A DNA stretch of 59,200 nucleotides. Source: a virus. This document shows positions 37,402 through 47,211 of the stretch, one piece after another. The stretch is from the IMG/VR virus record IMGVR_UViG_3300025018_002313; one strand, given 5' to 3'. The notes beneath the pieces were generated by a model. The model was not told where the DNA came from. It saw only the letters and a list, made by a program, of their open reading frames with translations, and did not search any database. The translations under genes and the position numbers were made by a program. Numbering within the stretch: position 1 is the stretch's first letter; the number at the start of each line of letters is the position of its first letter.

Positions 37402-38705
37402 AATTATCAATTCTAATTTGTAGTTTGGAGGATCGTCTGGTACAGTTGCAACAACTGAGAACTAAGTTAATAGACCAGAGCGATATGGATGTAGTAGAGA
37501 TATTGACCGAGACAGATGCCGGTGAAATGCACACAGGAGCAAAGAGAAATAAACTACTACTACAGGCAAAAGGAGATTACATCGCATTTGTTGATGATGA
37601 TGATATGGTATCGGATGATTATGTCTCAAAAATACTTAAAGCAATTGAAACAAATCCTGATTGTTGTGGACTAGAAGGTATTATAACAACAGATGGAAAC
37701 AACCCACACTTATTCATACACTCGCTAACTTGCGGTAGCTGGTACGAGAAGGACGGAATATACTATCGTACACCTAATCATCTAAACACAGTAAAGCGGG
37801 AAATTGCACTAAAAGTTATGTTTAATGATGATATGTCGAATTGTGAAGATAGAGACTATTCTCTACGGATACAACCTTACCTAAAAACTGAAGAATATAT
37901 AAAAGGTCCTATATACTTTTATAAATGTACTTCTGCACCAAAACAGTACAATAAACAACGAGTAAACAAATCAAAAGTAATACTTGTTAACTATGCGGAT
38001 AAACATTTTTATCACTCACAGAAGCATAATACAGAAACAGGAAAACAATTTGGTTTTAACGGTGCAGCTGAATGTAATTTGAACTCTCTTGATATAAATT
38101 TTCGAAATAAATTCGCACATATCCTCAATCAATCCAGAGGTGCAGGGTATTGGCTATGGAAACCGTATATAATATGCAAAGTACTTGAACAAGTCAACTA
38201 CGGTGATATCGTTTTTTATTGCGATTCAGGTGCTATATTTGAGAAAGATATAACACCATTAATTGATATATGTAGAGAAGATGATATAGTTCTTTTTCAT
38301 ATAGCACCGCACGGGGTGACTGAGCCACATACAAATGCAAAATGGACAAAAAGAGATGCATTTGTATTAATGGGGTGTGACGAAGAAAAGTATTACAATG
38401 CTAATCAATATCTAGGCGGCTTTCAAATATACAAAAAGACAGATAGAACAATGGTCTTTGTGAAGGAGATGCTCAAATACTCACAAGATGAAAGAATAAT
38501 TACTGATCTCCCAAATACTTGTAATTTACCAAATCTACCACAGTTTAGAGAACATAGACATGATACATCAGTTTTGAGCCTGATGGCTACAAAATACGGT
38601 ATAAAAGGACATAGGGATCCGTCCCAATTTGGTGATGATTTTCATCATATGTATCCGGATGACAAATATGATAGAATAATACTATCAACGAGAGACAGGC
38701 GATGA
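37398..38705 (+). CDS. Family-2-like glycosyltransferase
   Basis: 435 aa. N-terminal LSILICSLEDR...GAKRNKLLLQAKGDYIAFVDDDDMV, the GT2 signature with a DxD motif. Confidence 0.5.
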   Translation: MKLSILICSLEDRLVQLQQLRTKLIDQSDMDVVEILTETDAGEMHTGAKRNKLLLQAKGDYIAFVDDDDMVSDDYVSKILKAIETNPDCCGLEGIITTDGNNPHLFIHSLTCGSWYEKDGIYYRTPNHLNTVKREIALKVMFNDDMSNCEDRDYSLRIQPYLKTEEYIKGPIYFYKCTSAPKQYNKQRVNKSKVILVNYADKHFYHSQKHNTETGKQFGFNGAAECNLNSLDINFRNKFAHILNQSRGAGYWLWKPYIICKVLEQVNYGDIVFYCDSGAIFEKDITPLIDICREDDIVLFHIAPHGVTEPHTNAKWTKRDAFVLMGCDEEKYYNANQYLGGFQIYKKTDRTMVFVKEMLKYSQDERIITDLPNTCNLPNLPQFREHRHDTSVLSLMATKYGIKGHRDPSQFGDDFHHMYPDDKYDRIILSTRDRR

Positions 38706-39337
38706 GTGTTGTAAATACAGAATTAAAATATATATTCATTCATAATCCAAAGGTCGCCGGTACATCCATGGAGCAGATTGTCGGTGGATCTTCACACCAA
38801 ACGATACACGGATATTATACCCAAGGTATAAATTTGGAGGATTTTTATAAATGGATGTTTGTTAGAAACCCATATACAAGATTAATATCTGCATACAACC
38901 AGGCGAAAGCCGGCCCAACAATTTTTATAAATCGACATACCCAGAATAAAATGTCACTGGATGAGTTTAAAAATATAACTATAAACTTCACAACATTCGT
39001 CGCGAATATACACAAACTGTTTGACTTCAATTTGCAAAACTATAATGAGGAAATGTTCCATAAAAACCAACATATCATCATGGATCATATTGCACCTCAG
39101 TCTTACTTTTGTAATATTGACGGAAAAAATGTACTGGATTTTATAGGTAGGCTTGAATCTATCGATTGCGATTGGTTTTCACTTTGTCGTAAAATCGGAA
39201 TCATACAGACACTACCACAAATGAATATCGGTATATCCAGTAGTGTCACAAACTATTATCAATCACAAAGTACTATTGATATTGTAAACGAACTATACAA
39301 TACTGATTTTGAGCTTTTTGGATACAATAAATTATGA
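38702..39337 (+). CDS. Carbohydrate sulfotransferase-like protein (Sulfotransfer_2-type)
   Basis: 211 aa. 5'-PSB-like IFIHNPKVAGTS and 3'-PB-like FVRNPYTRLISAY (RDPxxRxxSxY pattern). Confidence 0.5.
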   Translation: MSVVNTELKYIFIHNPKVAGTSMEQIVGGSSHQTIHGYYTQGINLEDFYKWMFVRNPYTRLISAYNQAKAGPTIFINRHTQNKMSLDEFKNITINFTTFVANIHKLFDFNLQNYNEEMFHKNQHIIMDHIAPQSYFCNIDGKNVLDFIGRLESIDCDWFSLCRKIGIIQTLPQMNIGISSSVTNYYQSQSTIDIVNELYNTDFELFGYNKL

Positions 39338-40149
39338 AACTTAACTTAGATAAAATTATTATAAGCACAAACGATGATCCAGATTTTTACAATTTCTGGG
39401 AACTAGCATACCGAGGATGGAAAGCATTCTTTCCGGAAATTGAAATGATACTCACGTTTATTACAAATCGATCGGAAGATGATACGATAGTAACCCATCT
39501 GCGTAGGTGGGGCACTGTTAAGCTATATAAAGAAATTCCTGGTATACCTACACCAAATCTCGCAAAAGTGTCTCGAATGATCGAAGCAACGAAGCACGGA
39601 GATGCTATTTGTATGGTGAATGACATAGATCTAGTACCACTTCAAAGAGAGTATGTAGTTGAACGGTTATCACATTTTGATCCTGATAAGCTATTAGGTA
39701 TCGGTACTCTGAATCATATCGGATTAAAAGATAAATTTCCGATGGGATATACAACAGCAGTAAGTAGCGTGTGGAATCGAATAGTTAATCCAAATAATCT
39801 CGGATATGAAGATCTTGTCAATAGTTGGCGGAATATTCAGCATTTTGATTTACAGGAAGCAGTAAATAATTTACCAGCGGACGGAGTCAATCCTAGAGGC
39901 TTCTCTGACGAGTCATTGTTGAGATATTTACGCTCTAGAGAGCCGTCTATCCTTAATCAGATAGAGCGTGGATTTGTGCCCCTACAAGATGGAGTGGATA
40001 GAGCAGCCTGGAGTAATCTAGATATAGATAGACTTAATAGAGGTGGTTACGTTGAAGCACATTTACTACGACCACTTACGAAATATATAAAAGAAATAAA
40101 TGTAATCGCAGATTACATAAAAAAGGTAGAGCGTGAAAAAAGTATTTAG
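39334..40149 (+). CDS. Hypothetical protein, possibly GT-A-like
   Basis: 271 aa with acidic STNDDPDF and MVNDIDLVPL motifs. Confidence 0.25.
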   Translation: MKLNLDKIIISTNDDPDFYNFWELAYRGWKAFFPEIEMILTFITNRSEDDTIVTHLRRWGTVKLYKEIPGIPTPNLAKVSRMIEATKHGDAICMVNDIDLVPLQREYVVERLSHFDPDKLLGIGTLNHIGLKDKFPMGYTTAVSSVWNRIVNPNNLGYEDLVNSWRNIQHFDLQEAVNNLPADGVNPRGFSDESLLRYLRSREPSILNQIERGFVPLQDGVDRAAWSNLDIDRLNRGGYVEAHLLRPLTKYIKEINVIADYIKKVEREKSI

Positions 40150-40696
40150 ATTTGATGATATTTGTATTAATAGTAAAATGACTGATGCGATATTGATGGC
40201 AGAAGAAATAAAAAAGCAAGTACAGAATGCAGAAGTTTGGTTCTGTGTTTCGCCGATGGTTCATACCATAGACGACCCTGATCCTGTGTCACAGCAGAGA
40301 ATATTTCCAAAGATATTTAACGCTCACAGTGATTATAGGATATTTTACACCATCAATAAATGCGGAGTGCCTGATTTTCCTGCATGGATAACCCGTGCAG
40401 GTCATGGACTCATTCACGTGGATCATCGATTACTTGAACACGCGGCTCAAGAATTAAGTATTTTAACAAGCTGCAATCTGGTTAACGCCGATATATTTGT
40501 ACCACCGTTTAACAAGTGGAACAAAATCACCGAGCGGATTTGTCAGGAGAATGACATACATTTAGTGAAATTTGAGGACGGCTGGTTAAGTGCAGAACAT
40601 AACGAATATAACATGAAACACGATAAATGGTATTTACATCATAGAGCGTTTACAGTAGCAGAATTTAAAGAATGGTTGGAGGTAAAACATGGATAA
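40133..40696 (+). CDS. Possible polysaccharide deacetylase-like (NodB / CE4-like) protein
   Basis: 187 aa. FRFDDIC resembles NodB motif TFDDG; HGLIHVDH resembles the H-x-x-x-H metal motif. Weak. Confidence 0.25.
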   Translation: MKKVFRFDDICINSKMTDAILMAEEIKKQVQNAEVWFCVSPMVHTIDDPDPVSQQRIFPKIFNAHSDYRIFYTINKCGVPDFPAWITRAGHGLIHVDHRLLEHAAQELSILTSCNLVNADIFVPPFNKWNKITERICQENDIHLVKFEDGWLSAEHNEYNMKHDKWYLHHRAFTVAEFKEWLEVKHG

Positions 40697-41168
40697 ACAA
40701 TTTGGTGGAAGCGGTATTACAAAAGAAGTATTTGACTGGATTACTGATAACATTTCAGTTGGAAAAGTAATAGTCGAACTAGGTGCAGGAGACGTTAGTA
40801 CAAAATATCTATCTGAACGATATGAATTATACTCTGTTGAAGATGTACCGAAATTTTGCGGTAAATGGGCAAGTACATACATTCACGCGCCATTGGTTGA
40901 TGGGTGGTATGATATAAACATACTAAAGGAAGGTCTACCAGAAAGATTCAGCCTGTTGCTTATTGACGGTCCGGTCAAATTTTCAGACTTCCGTCCTGGT
41001 GTAGGAGATAGATTAAAAATTCTTGATCACCTGGATTTATTTGACAAAGACGCTATCATCATTGTTGATGATACAAATAGACCGGCGGAGAGAAATCTAC
41101 TAGATGCACTAGCACAAAAAACCGGTAAAAAGAAAACAGTATTCTCGTCCTTTGGAGTGCTACAGTGA
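40689..41168 (+). CDS. Possible class I SAM-dependent methyltransferase
   Basis: 159 aa with a VIVELGAGDVSTKYL Gly-rich motif-I-like segment. Confidence 0.3.
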   Translation: MDKQFGGSGITKEVFDWITDNISVGKVIVELGAGDVSTKYLSERYELYSVEDVPKFCGKWASTYIHAPLVDGWYDINILKEGLPERFSLLLIDGPVKFSDFRPGVGDRLKILDHLDLFDKDAIIIVDDTNRPAERNLLDALAQKTGKKKTVFSSFGVLQ

Positions 41169-41713
41169 TAGTCGCAATACATCAACCTAATTTCTTTCCT
41201 TGGTATCCATTCTTTAAAAAGATGGATCAGGCAGATGTGTTTGTTATTCTTACGCATTGTCAATTCGAAAAAAATAATTACCAAAATAGATTTCATTATA
41301 ATGATAAATGGTATACGTTGAGTGTAAATAAAGGACTTGAACCTATCCATCAAAAAGTATATGTTCGACCAAATGATGATTGGGTTAAGATTAAAAGTAA
41401 TCTTAAACAGTTTCCACTTGATCAATTTGATGATGATATTGACGCATCATTATGGGCAACTAATGAAAAAATTATTTCTCGAATAAAAAGTATCCTCGAT
41501 ATTAAAACTACTATTAAACTCGACTATCCAACTGAATTAAATAAATCAGAGCGCTTAGTTGATATATGCAAGCAACACAATGCAACACAATACCTTGCTG
41601 GTAGAGGTGCAAAGAACTATATGGATATAGAACCATTTGAAAGAGCCGGTATTGAAGTAATCTATCAAGAAGTTGACGAAAAAGATATGGTACCTATTAT
41701 AACGAAATTATGA
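41165..41713 (+). CDS. WbqC-like family protein (O-antigen / glycan biosynthesis associated)
   Basis: 182 aa. MIVAIHQPNFFPWYPFFKKMDQADVFVILTHCQFEKNNYQNR matches the WbqC-family N-terminal signature HQP.y.Pw...f.K...D.fv.LD.vqf.k...nRn. Confidence 0.5.
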   Translation: MIVAIHQPNFFPWYPFFKKMDQADVFVILTHCQFEKNNYQNRFHYNDKWYTLSVNKGLEPIHQKVYVRPNDDWVKIKSNLKQFPLDQFDDDIDASLWATNEKIISRIKSILDIKTTIKLDYPTELNKSERLVDICKQHNATQYLAGRGAKNYMDIEPFERAGIEVIYQEVDEKDMVPIITKL

Positions 41714-42450
41714 ATAACAAACTATTACACAACAAGCAATTTTTAAACTTTATCGGATCAGATTGGGGCGGACTCTATGTTGATTTGAAGTTGATTGAAC
41801 AAGATAGTACAGTAATATCAGCAGGTCTTGGTAGTGATGTATCGTTTGATTTAGCTTTGATGGAACTTAAGAACTGTACTGTTATTGGCATCGATCCAAC
41901 ACAAACTGCTAGAGATACAGTATTCGAGACAGCAGATGGGAATCCATTATTTGCAAAGAACTTTCGGTATGTGCAGAGAGCGCTGCTCGATGTGTCTGAC
42001 AGAGAAATTACTCTAGGTGGACCAGCCGTAACATTTATATCTCCTCACGGGGAACACGCAAGGACAGTATGTCTGAACGATGTATATGATAAGATCGACA
42101 GAGAAAAAGTATCTTTCCTAAAACTCGATATTGAAGCGGCAGAATATCCCGTTATTCAGAGTTTTACTCCGTTACCATCGATGGCACAAATAGGTATAAG
42201 CTTCCACCACTGGCTAAACGGACCTACGGATCAGTATCCAAATCCCGGAGCCACCTGCCCCTACACCCTAGATGATACAGTTGCATGTATTGAAAAGATA
42301 AAGAGCTTTGGATATAAATTGGTGCATATAGATAATGCAGACCCACTACGATATTTTCAAGAGGTTTTATTCATACGCTCTGACCTTGCAGAGAAATACA
42401 AAGACTTAACGTTTGAATATGAAGGTAATAATATAAAGAAGAACAAATGA
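41710..42450 (+). CDS. FkbM-family-like methyltransferase
   Basis: 246 aa with VISAGLGSDVSFDLAL...VIGIDP, the pattern seen in FkbM-domain methyltransferases. Confidence 0.35.
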   Translation: MNNKLLHNKQFLNFIGSDWGGLYVDLKLIEQDSTVISAGLGSDVSFDLALMELKNCTVIGIDPTQTARDTVFETADGNPLFAKNFRYVQRALLDVSDREITLGGPAVTFISPHGEHARTVCLNDVYDKIDREKVSFLKLDIEAAEYPVIQSFTPLPSMAQIGISFHHWLNGPTDQYPNPGATCPYTLDDTVACIEKIKSFGYKLVHIDNADPLRYFQEVLFIRSDLAEKYKDLTFEYEGNNIKKNK

Positions 42451-42611
42451 CGGATGAAAGATATAGCAAACTACTAAATTTGCATGAGAGACTAAAAGAA
42501 GTAAAGAGTATGAAGAAATCTGCAGCTAAAGACTATAGAGATCAAATTAAAGAAATTGAAGAAGAAATTGAAGGATTGGTCGAAGACATAAGAGAACAAC
42601 CAGAAAAGTAA
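42447..42611 (+). CDS. Small coiled-coil protein (54 aa)
   Basis: Manual translation MTDERYSKLLNLHERLKEVKSMKKSAAKDYRDQIKEIEEEIEGLVEDIREQPEK. Its ATG overlaps the upstream stop (ATGA). Below the length cutoff of the ORF track. Confidence 0.3.
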   Translation: MTDERYSKLLNLHERLKEVKSMKKSAAKDYRDQIKEIEEEIEGLVEDIREQPEK

Positions 42612-42620
42612 TTAGGTATG

Positions 42621-42648
42621 TTGCAAAATATGGTATCGATCGTATAAT
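42621..42648 (+). promoter_or_regulatory. Sigma70-like promoter (TTGCAA, 16-nt spacer, TATAAT) directly upstream of the guaC-like gene
   Basis: ttgcaa at 42621..42626 and tataat at 42643..42648. The ATG at 42655 is only 6 nt downstream, which implies a leaderless or very short-leader mRNA. Confidence 0.3.
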
Positions 42649-42654
42649 TTAATT

Positions 42655-43671
42655 ATGAAAGCAAGAACATTCTCAGACGTAACGATTATACCGAAATTTA
42701 CATGTGTCGGTCGCAATGGTAGTTTAGCTACAAGACTCTGCAACGGGGAAGATTCACTTGAACTCCCTATTATCTCCGCCAATATGCCTGCGATTGCAAA
42801 TGCAGAAGTATGCGATGCAATGAGGTATGGCGGAGGTATGGGTATTCTGCATCGTTTTAATGAAGTGAATGAAGCAGTGGAAGAATATAACCATGCATCA
42901 TTTGGTGGAAAGTCTATTGTAGGTGTGTCGTTAGGTGTAAAAAATGATGATACCTACAATAGATTCGAGAAACTATATGAAGCAGGCGCGAGAGTGTTTT
43001 GTATTGATGTAGCTCACGGACATCAAGATAAAGTTCACTCACTACTAAAATGGATCAATAATCAAATATTCCAATGGGCTAGAAGTGAAAGAAATAAGGT
43101 GACTCTTATTGCCGGTAATGTTGCTACTGCTGATGCTGTAATAGCATTAGGTGAATGGGGAGCAGATATTGTTAAAGTTGGAATTGGTCCCGGTAGTGCT
43201 TGCACTACAAGACTTGATACCGGAGTAGGTGTCCCACAATTGTATGCTCTCGAGCAGGCACACAATGCAGTAATGCAGCAGAAAGTACCAGTTAAAATCA
43301 TCTCCGATGGTGGATGTAAATGTACAGGTGATATTGCAAAAGCCTTAAAATATGCGGATGCTGTTATGGTAGGCTTTATGCTAGCAGGTACAACTGAAAC
43401 TCCCGGTGAGTATATTAACGTTGGCGGTAAGCAGATGAAAGTATATTTTGGCTCAGCAAGTTTTAAGAATAAAGGTGAAAAGAAGCATATAGAAGGTAGA
43501 GATTTTCTAGTTGAAAAGAAGGGATCCATTAGTGATGTTCTTGATAAGATTAGAGACGGGCTACATTCATCACTGGGATATGTTGGAGCAAGTAATTTAC
43601 AACAATTTAAAAACAATTGTGAGTTCTTAGATATAACTGCTGGAGGTAAAGCAGAAAGCAAATATGAGTAA
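42655..43671 (+). CDS. guaC: GMP reductase (IMPDH/GMPR family, GuaC type without CBS domains)
   Basis: 338 aa. CIDVAHG, GADIVKVGIGPGSACTTR, SDGGCKCTGDIAKA and YVGAS match E. coli GuaC CIDVANG, GADIVKVGIGPGSVCTTR, SDGGCTTPGDVAKA and YVGAS. The catalytic Cys is present. Confidence 0.8.
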   Translation: MKARTFSDVTIIPKFTCVGRNGSLATRLCNGEDSLELPIISANMPAIANAEVCDAMRYGGGMGILHRFNEVNEAVEEYNHASFGGKSIVGVSLGVKNDDTYNRFEKLYEAGARVFCIDVAHGHQDKVHSLLKWINNQIFQWARSERNKVTLIAGNVATADAVIALGEWGADIVKVGIGPGSACTTRLDTGVGVPQLYALEQAHNAVMQQKVPVKIISDGGCKCTGDIAKALKYADAVMVGFMLAGTTETPGEYINVGGKQMKVYFGSASFKNKGEKKHIEGRDFLVEKKGSISDVLDKIRDGLHSSLGYVGASNLQQFKNNCEFLDITAGGKAESKYE

Positions 43672-44617
43672 AATTTTAGTTACAGGTGGTTGCGGGTTTA
43701 TCGGTAGTAACTACGTCGATTATAAGTTACTAACAGATTCAAGCATAGAAATTATTTGTGTCGATACATTGGATATTGGTGGATCAGAGGATAATGTTTC
43801 TGAGTGGTCTAGAAATAGTGGACGATACAAAATGTATAATACTGATATTTGTGATGCAGATGAAATGAGTAAAATTTTTGCATATGAAATGCCAGATATT
43901 GTTGTAAATTTCGCAGCACAAACTCATGTTGATCGAAGTCTCATCGACAGAACATATTTCGCAACAACAAATGTAGTCGGTACGCAAGTAATATTGGATC
44001 AAATAATTAAGTATAAAACAAAGCGCTTTGTGCAAGTATCTACAGACGAAGTGTATGGCAGTATCGATAGCGGTCTATTCGAAGAGACATTTATGCTTCA
44101 TCCAAATAATCCATACTCTGCTACTAAAGCTGGCGCTGAGATGCTTGTACAGGCCGCAGTTCATTCATTTGGAGTTAATGCTTCTATTACAAGAAGTTGC
44201 AACAATTACGGTCCGAGACAATACCATGAAAAACTAATACCAATGGTTATTCATAATGCTCTTAAAGGTCTTCCTGTTAAAGTCTTTAATGATGGGCTAT
44301 CAATAAGAGAATGGATATATGTTCTCGACAATGTAATCGGAATTGACACAGTGGTCGAAAAAGGCAGGAGAGGTGAGGTATATAATATCGGTTCAGGTAT
44401 CGAACTTCAGAATATTGATGTAGTTACCACTGTATTAGATATTCTAGGTAAACCTCATAGTCTAATCGAATATACAAATGATCGTGCAAATGATGATCGT
44501 AGATACGCACTTAACTGTTCGAAGATATTTACTCACCTAGAATGGCGATCAAAAGTAAATTGGAAAGAAGGCATCAACCAAACGGTTGAATGGTATCTGG
44601 CAAACAAATATGAATAA
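43664..44617 (+). CDS. rmlB: dTDP-glucose 4,6-dehydratase (RmlB / RfbB, SDR family)
   Basis: 317 aa. ILVTGGCGFIGSNYV Rossmann motif, YSATK catalytic motif, and the characteristic RfbB length. Confidence 0.7.
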   Translation: MSKILVTGGCGFIGSNYVDYKLLTDSSIEIICVDTLDIGGSEDNVSEWSRNSGRYKMYNTDICDADEMSKIFAYEMPDIVVNFAAQTHVDRSLIDRTYFATTNVVGTQVILDQIIKYKTKRFVQVSTDEVYGSIDSGLFEETFMLHPNNPYSATKAGAEMLVQAAVHSFGVNASITRSCNNYGPRQYHEKLIPMVIHNALKGLPVKVFNDGLSIREWIYVLDNVIGIDTVVEKGRRGEVYNIGSGIELQNIDVVTTVLDILGKPHSLIEYTNDRANDDRRYALNCSKIFTHLEWRSKVNWKEGINQTVEWYLANKYE

Positions 44618-45416
44618 GAAAATTATAGTATTAGGTAACGGGCTACTCGGAGATGAATTCAAAAGACATGGATATACTGTCTGGGGATCAGGAGATCCGT
44701 TTTGTTACAAACACGGTGACGGTACGTACACTTATTGCTGGGAATCACTGGATCAATTTGATGTTATAATCAACTGTCTTGGTAAGACTGTAACTCGTTG
44801 GTGTGAATCTCCTTGCAATTATTCAGCTGCATTGTATGCGAATGGAACACTACCCGGACTTCTAAGCATTGGATGCAAAGAACACAATCAAAAATTCGTA
44901 CATATATCAACAGGCTGTCTATACGATATCTCAGATACACCACAAACTGAGGAAGATCATATTGTAGCACATTGCAACTATACAGTGACAAAATGGATGG
45001 GAGAACAAATATGTGCTCCATCCAGAGATCTTATTATTCGTCCAAGATTACTATATAATGATCAACCAACAGCGAAGAATTTACTAGGAAGACTTCCTAC
45101 GTTTTCCAAATTAGTCGGAAAATTAGATTCTATGACAAGTACGAACACTATAGTTGAAGCAGTTGAAGCTCTATTAAGCAACAACCAGGCTGGTATTTTT
45201 AATGTTGCAAATCGTGGCTATGTTTCTATGTATGAGGTCGGACAGATCATCGGATGTAGAGCTGAAAAAACAACGATAGAAGAAGTTCGAAAGGAAAGCC
45301 ATATTCATCTCGTTAATACTACAATGGACGTTTCAAAATTATTACAGTTTTATGATCCCGGTGATGTCCGTAGTGAAATTACAAGGTGTTGGAAAGCGAT
45401 GAATGAAGGAAGTTAA
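44586..45416 (+). CDS. dTDP-4-dehydrorhamnose reductase-like (RmlD-like) SDR
   Basis: 276 aa. IIVLGNGLLGDE, DVIINCLG, HISTGCLYD, YTVTKWMGE and IIRPRLLY parallel the RfbD motifs. Confidence 0.5.
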   Translation: MNGIWQTNMNKKIIVLGNGLLGDEFKRHGYTVWGSGDPFCYKHGDGTYTYCWESLDQFDVIINCLGKTVTRWCESPCNYSAALYANGTLPGLLSIGCKEHNQKFVHISTGCLYDISDTPQTEEDHIVAHCNYTVTKWMGEQICAPSRDLIIRPRLLYNDQPTAKNLLGRLPTFSKLVGKLDSMTSTNTIVEAVEALLSNNQAGIFNVANRGYVSMYEVGQIIGCRAEKTTIEEVRKESHIHLVNTTMDVSKLLQFYDPGDVRSEITRCWKAMNEGS

Positions 45417-47211
45417 GTTCCATAAACTCACAATTAAGAATTTCTTATCTATAGGTGACGAGCCAGTTATAATTGACTTCAAACAAGGTCTCAATATTAT
45501 AACAGGTGTTAATAAAGATAAAGAAGATAGTAAAAATGGTGTAGGTAAATCTACAATTGTAGATAGTATATCATTTGCTATTTTCGGCTCTACTATAAGA
45601 GATATTCGAATTGAAAATATTCCTAATTGGAAGACAAATAAAACCTGCGAAGTCTCAATAGAATTTACTGTCATTGATGACTATATAGAAAACAAGTATC
45701 GTATTAACCGTTCACTGGATCCATCTCGCGTTCAATTATATGAAAACGGAGATAACATCTCACGTACAGCGGCAAAGACAAATAGTAAACTCAAAAAAAT
45801 ACTAGGAACAACACCAGAGTTATTTGAGCAAAGTACTACAATGAGCATCAATCAGACAGAGCCGTTCTTAAAAAAGCGACCAGGGGTTAAGAGAAAGTTC
45901 ATTGAAGGGATCTTTAAGCTAACAGTCTTTAGTGAGATGCTAGGAATTATTCGACATGATCTAAGCGAGACAAAACGAAAATTTCATCTTGAAAAAACTA
46001 AGCTTGAGGAGATTCAAAAGTCATTAATATTGTATAAAAAGCAACAAACCGAGCACGCCAACCGCCGCAGAGACAGAATTCAAGAGCTTGAACAACGCCG
46101 GTTAGATAGTGCAAAAGAAATTAAAGAACTAAAGAATCAATTATTAGAGAGTAATGAGCCGAAAAAATTACAACTAGAGAAGAAGATTGAAACTCTCCAT
46201 AAAAAAGAGCAAGAATATGAAGCACAGATCCGTGAATCATTACAGGTAAATACAGCTGCACAGACGAGTATTTTAACGCTTCGTGAGAAAATACAAGAAA
46301 TAAATGATGTTGGTGATACTATTTGTATTACATGCAAGCGCCCATTCGAACAGAGTGATAAAGACCGATTCTTAAAACAAAAACAAGAGTATGTCGGTAG
46401 CATACAAGATCTAAACGAACAAATAGATACAATAACAAAAGAGCAAAAACAGATCGAAAATTTAAGAGCATTATGTAAAAGTGAGAGTCAAAGTATCATC
46501 CACCAAATCCATCAACTGGATATTCTTGAAACAGAAGCTGAAAATATAAAACAGCGAATTCTTCAGCGAGGTCAATGGATTAAGCAAATCGAAGTTGATA
46601 TAAATAGTCTACAAACAGAAAAAGACACTTATATAGACATTATCCAAGACACAACAAAGAGAATCAATGCGCTAACTTCTAAACAAGGAGAATTCGAACA
46701 ACTATTGGAAGTTCTAGATATATCAAAATTTGTTGTATCTGAAGAAGGTGTCAGAAGCTTTATTGTTAAAAAGATGCTAAAAATGCTCAATACGAGACTA
46801 AATTATTATTTGAAAAAGTTAGACGCTAATTGTATTTGTACGTTTGATGAGTATTTTGAAGAATCCATTTTTAACCAAAAAGGAAGACTCTGTTCGTATG
46901 CAAACTTCTCAGACGGAGAACGAAAAAGAATCGATCTAGCTATGCTATTTACGTTTCTTGATATTAGAAGACTACAATCTAATATATCAGTTAACTTCTC
47001 TTTTTATGATGAACTACTCGATTCATCACTGGATTCAAAAGGAATTGAATGTGTGCTTGAAATTCTCAAAGACCGCATAAATCAATATGGTGAAGCTGTT
47101 TATATTATAAGCCATAAAAACGAGGCTATTAAACACGCAACCGGTGAAATAATTTACCTGGAAAAACAAAACGAGGTAACAAGGAGATTAGAATATGGGA
47201 CTACAGTTTAA
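45403..47211 (+). CDS. gp46: Rad50/SbcC-like recombination ATPase, T4 gp46 family
   Basis: 602 aa. N-terminal Walker A (GVNKDKEDSKNGVGKST), a long central coiled-coil and a C-terminal signature/Walker B region (FSDGERKRIDLA...FYDE). Confidence 0.7.
   Translation: MKEVKFHKLTIKNFLSIGDEPVIIDFKQGLNIITGVNKDKEDSKNGVGKSTIVDSISFAIFGSTIRDIRIENIPNWKTNKTCEVSIEFTVIDDYIENKYRINRSLDPSRVQLYENGDNISRTAAKTNSKLKKILGTTPELFEQSTTMSINQTEPFLKKRPGVKRKFIEGIFKLTVFSEMLGIIRHDLSETKRKFHLEKTKLEEIQKSLILYKKQQTEHANRRRDRIQELEQRRLDSAKEIKELKNQLLESNEPKKLQLEKKIETLHKKEQEYEAQIRESLQVNTAAQTSILTLREKIQEINDVGDTICITCKRPFEQSDKDRFLKQKQEYVGSIQDLNEQIDTITKEQKQIENLRALCKSESQSIIHQIHQLDILETEAENIKQRILQRGQWIKQIEVDINSLQTEKDTYIDIIQDTTKRINALTSKQGEFEQLLEVLDISKFVVSEEGVRSFIVKKMLKMLNTRLNYYLKKLDANCICTFDEYFEESIFNQKGRLCSYANFSDGERKRIDLAMLFTFLDIRRLQSNISVNFSFYDELLDSSLDSKGIECVLEILKDRINQYGEAVYIISHKNEAIKHATGEIIYLEKQNEVTRRLEYGTTV

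Noticed and set aside
43062-43661. 199-aa minus-strand ORF inside the guaC region
   Set aside because: Fully embedded antisense to a gene with unambiguous GMP reductase motifs.
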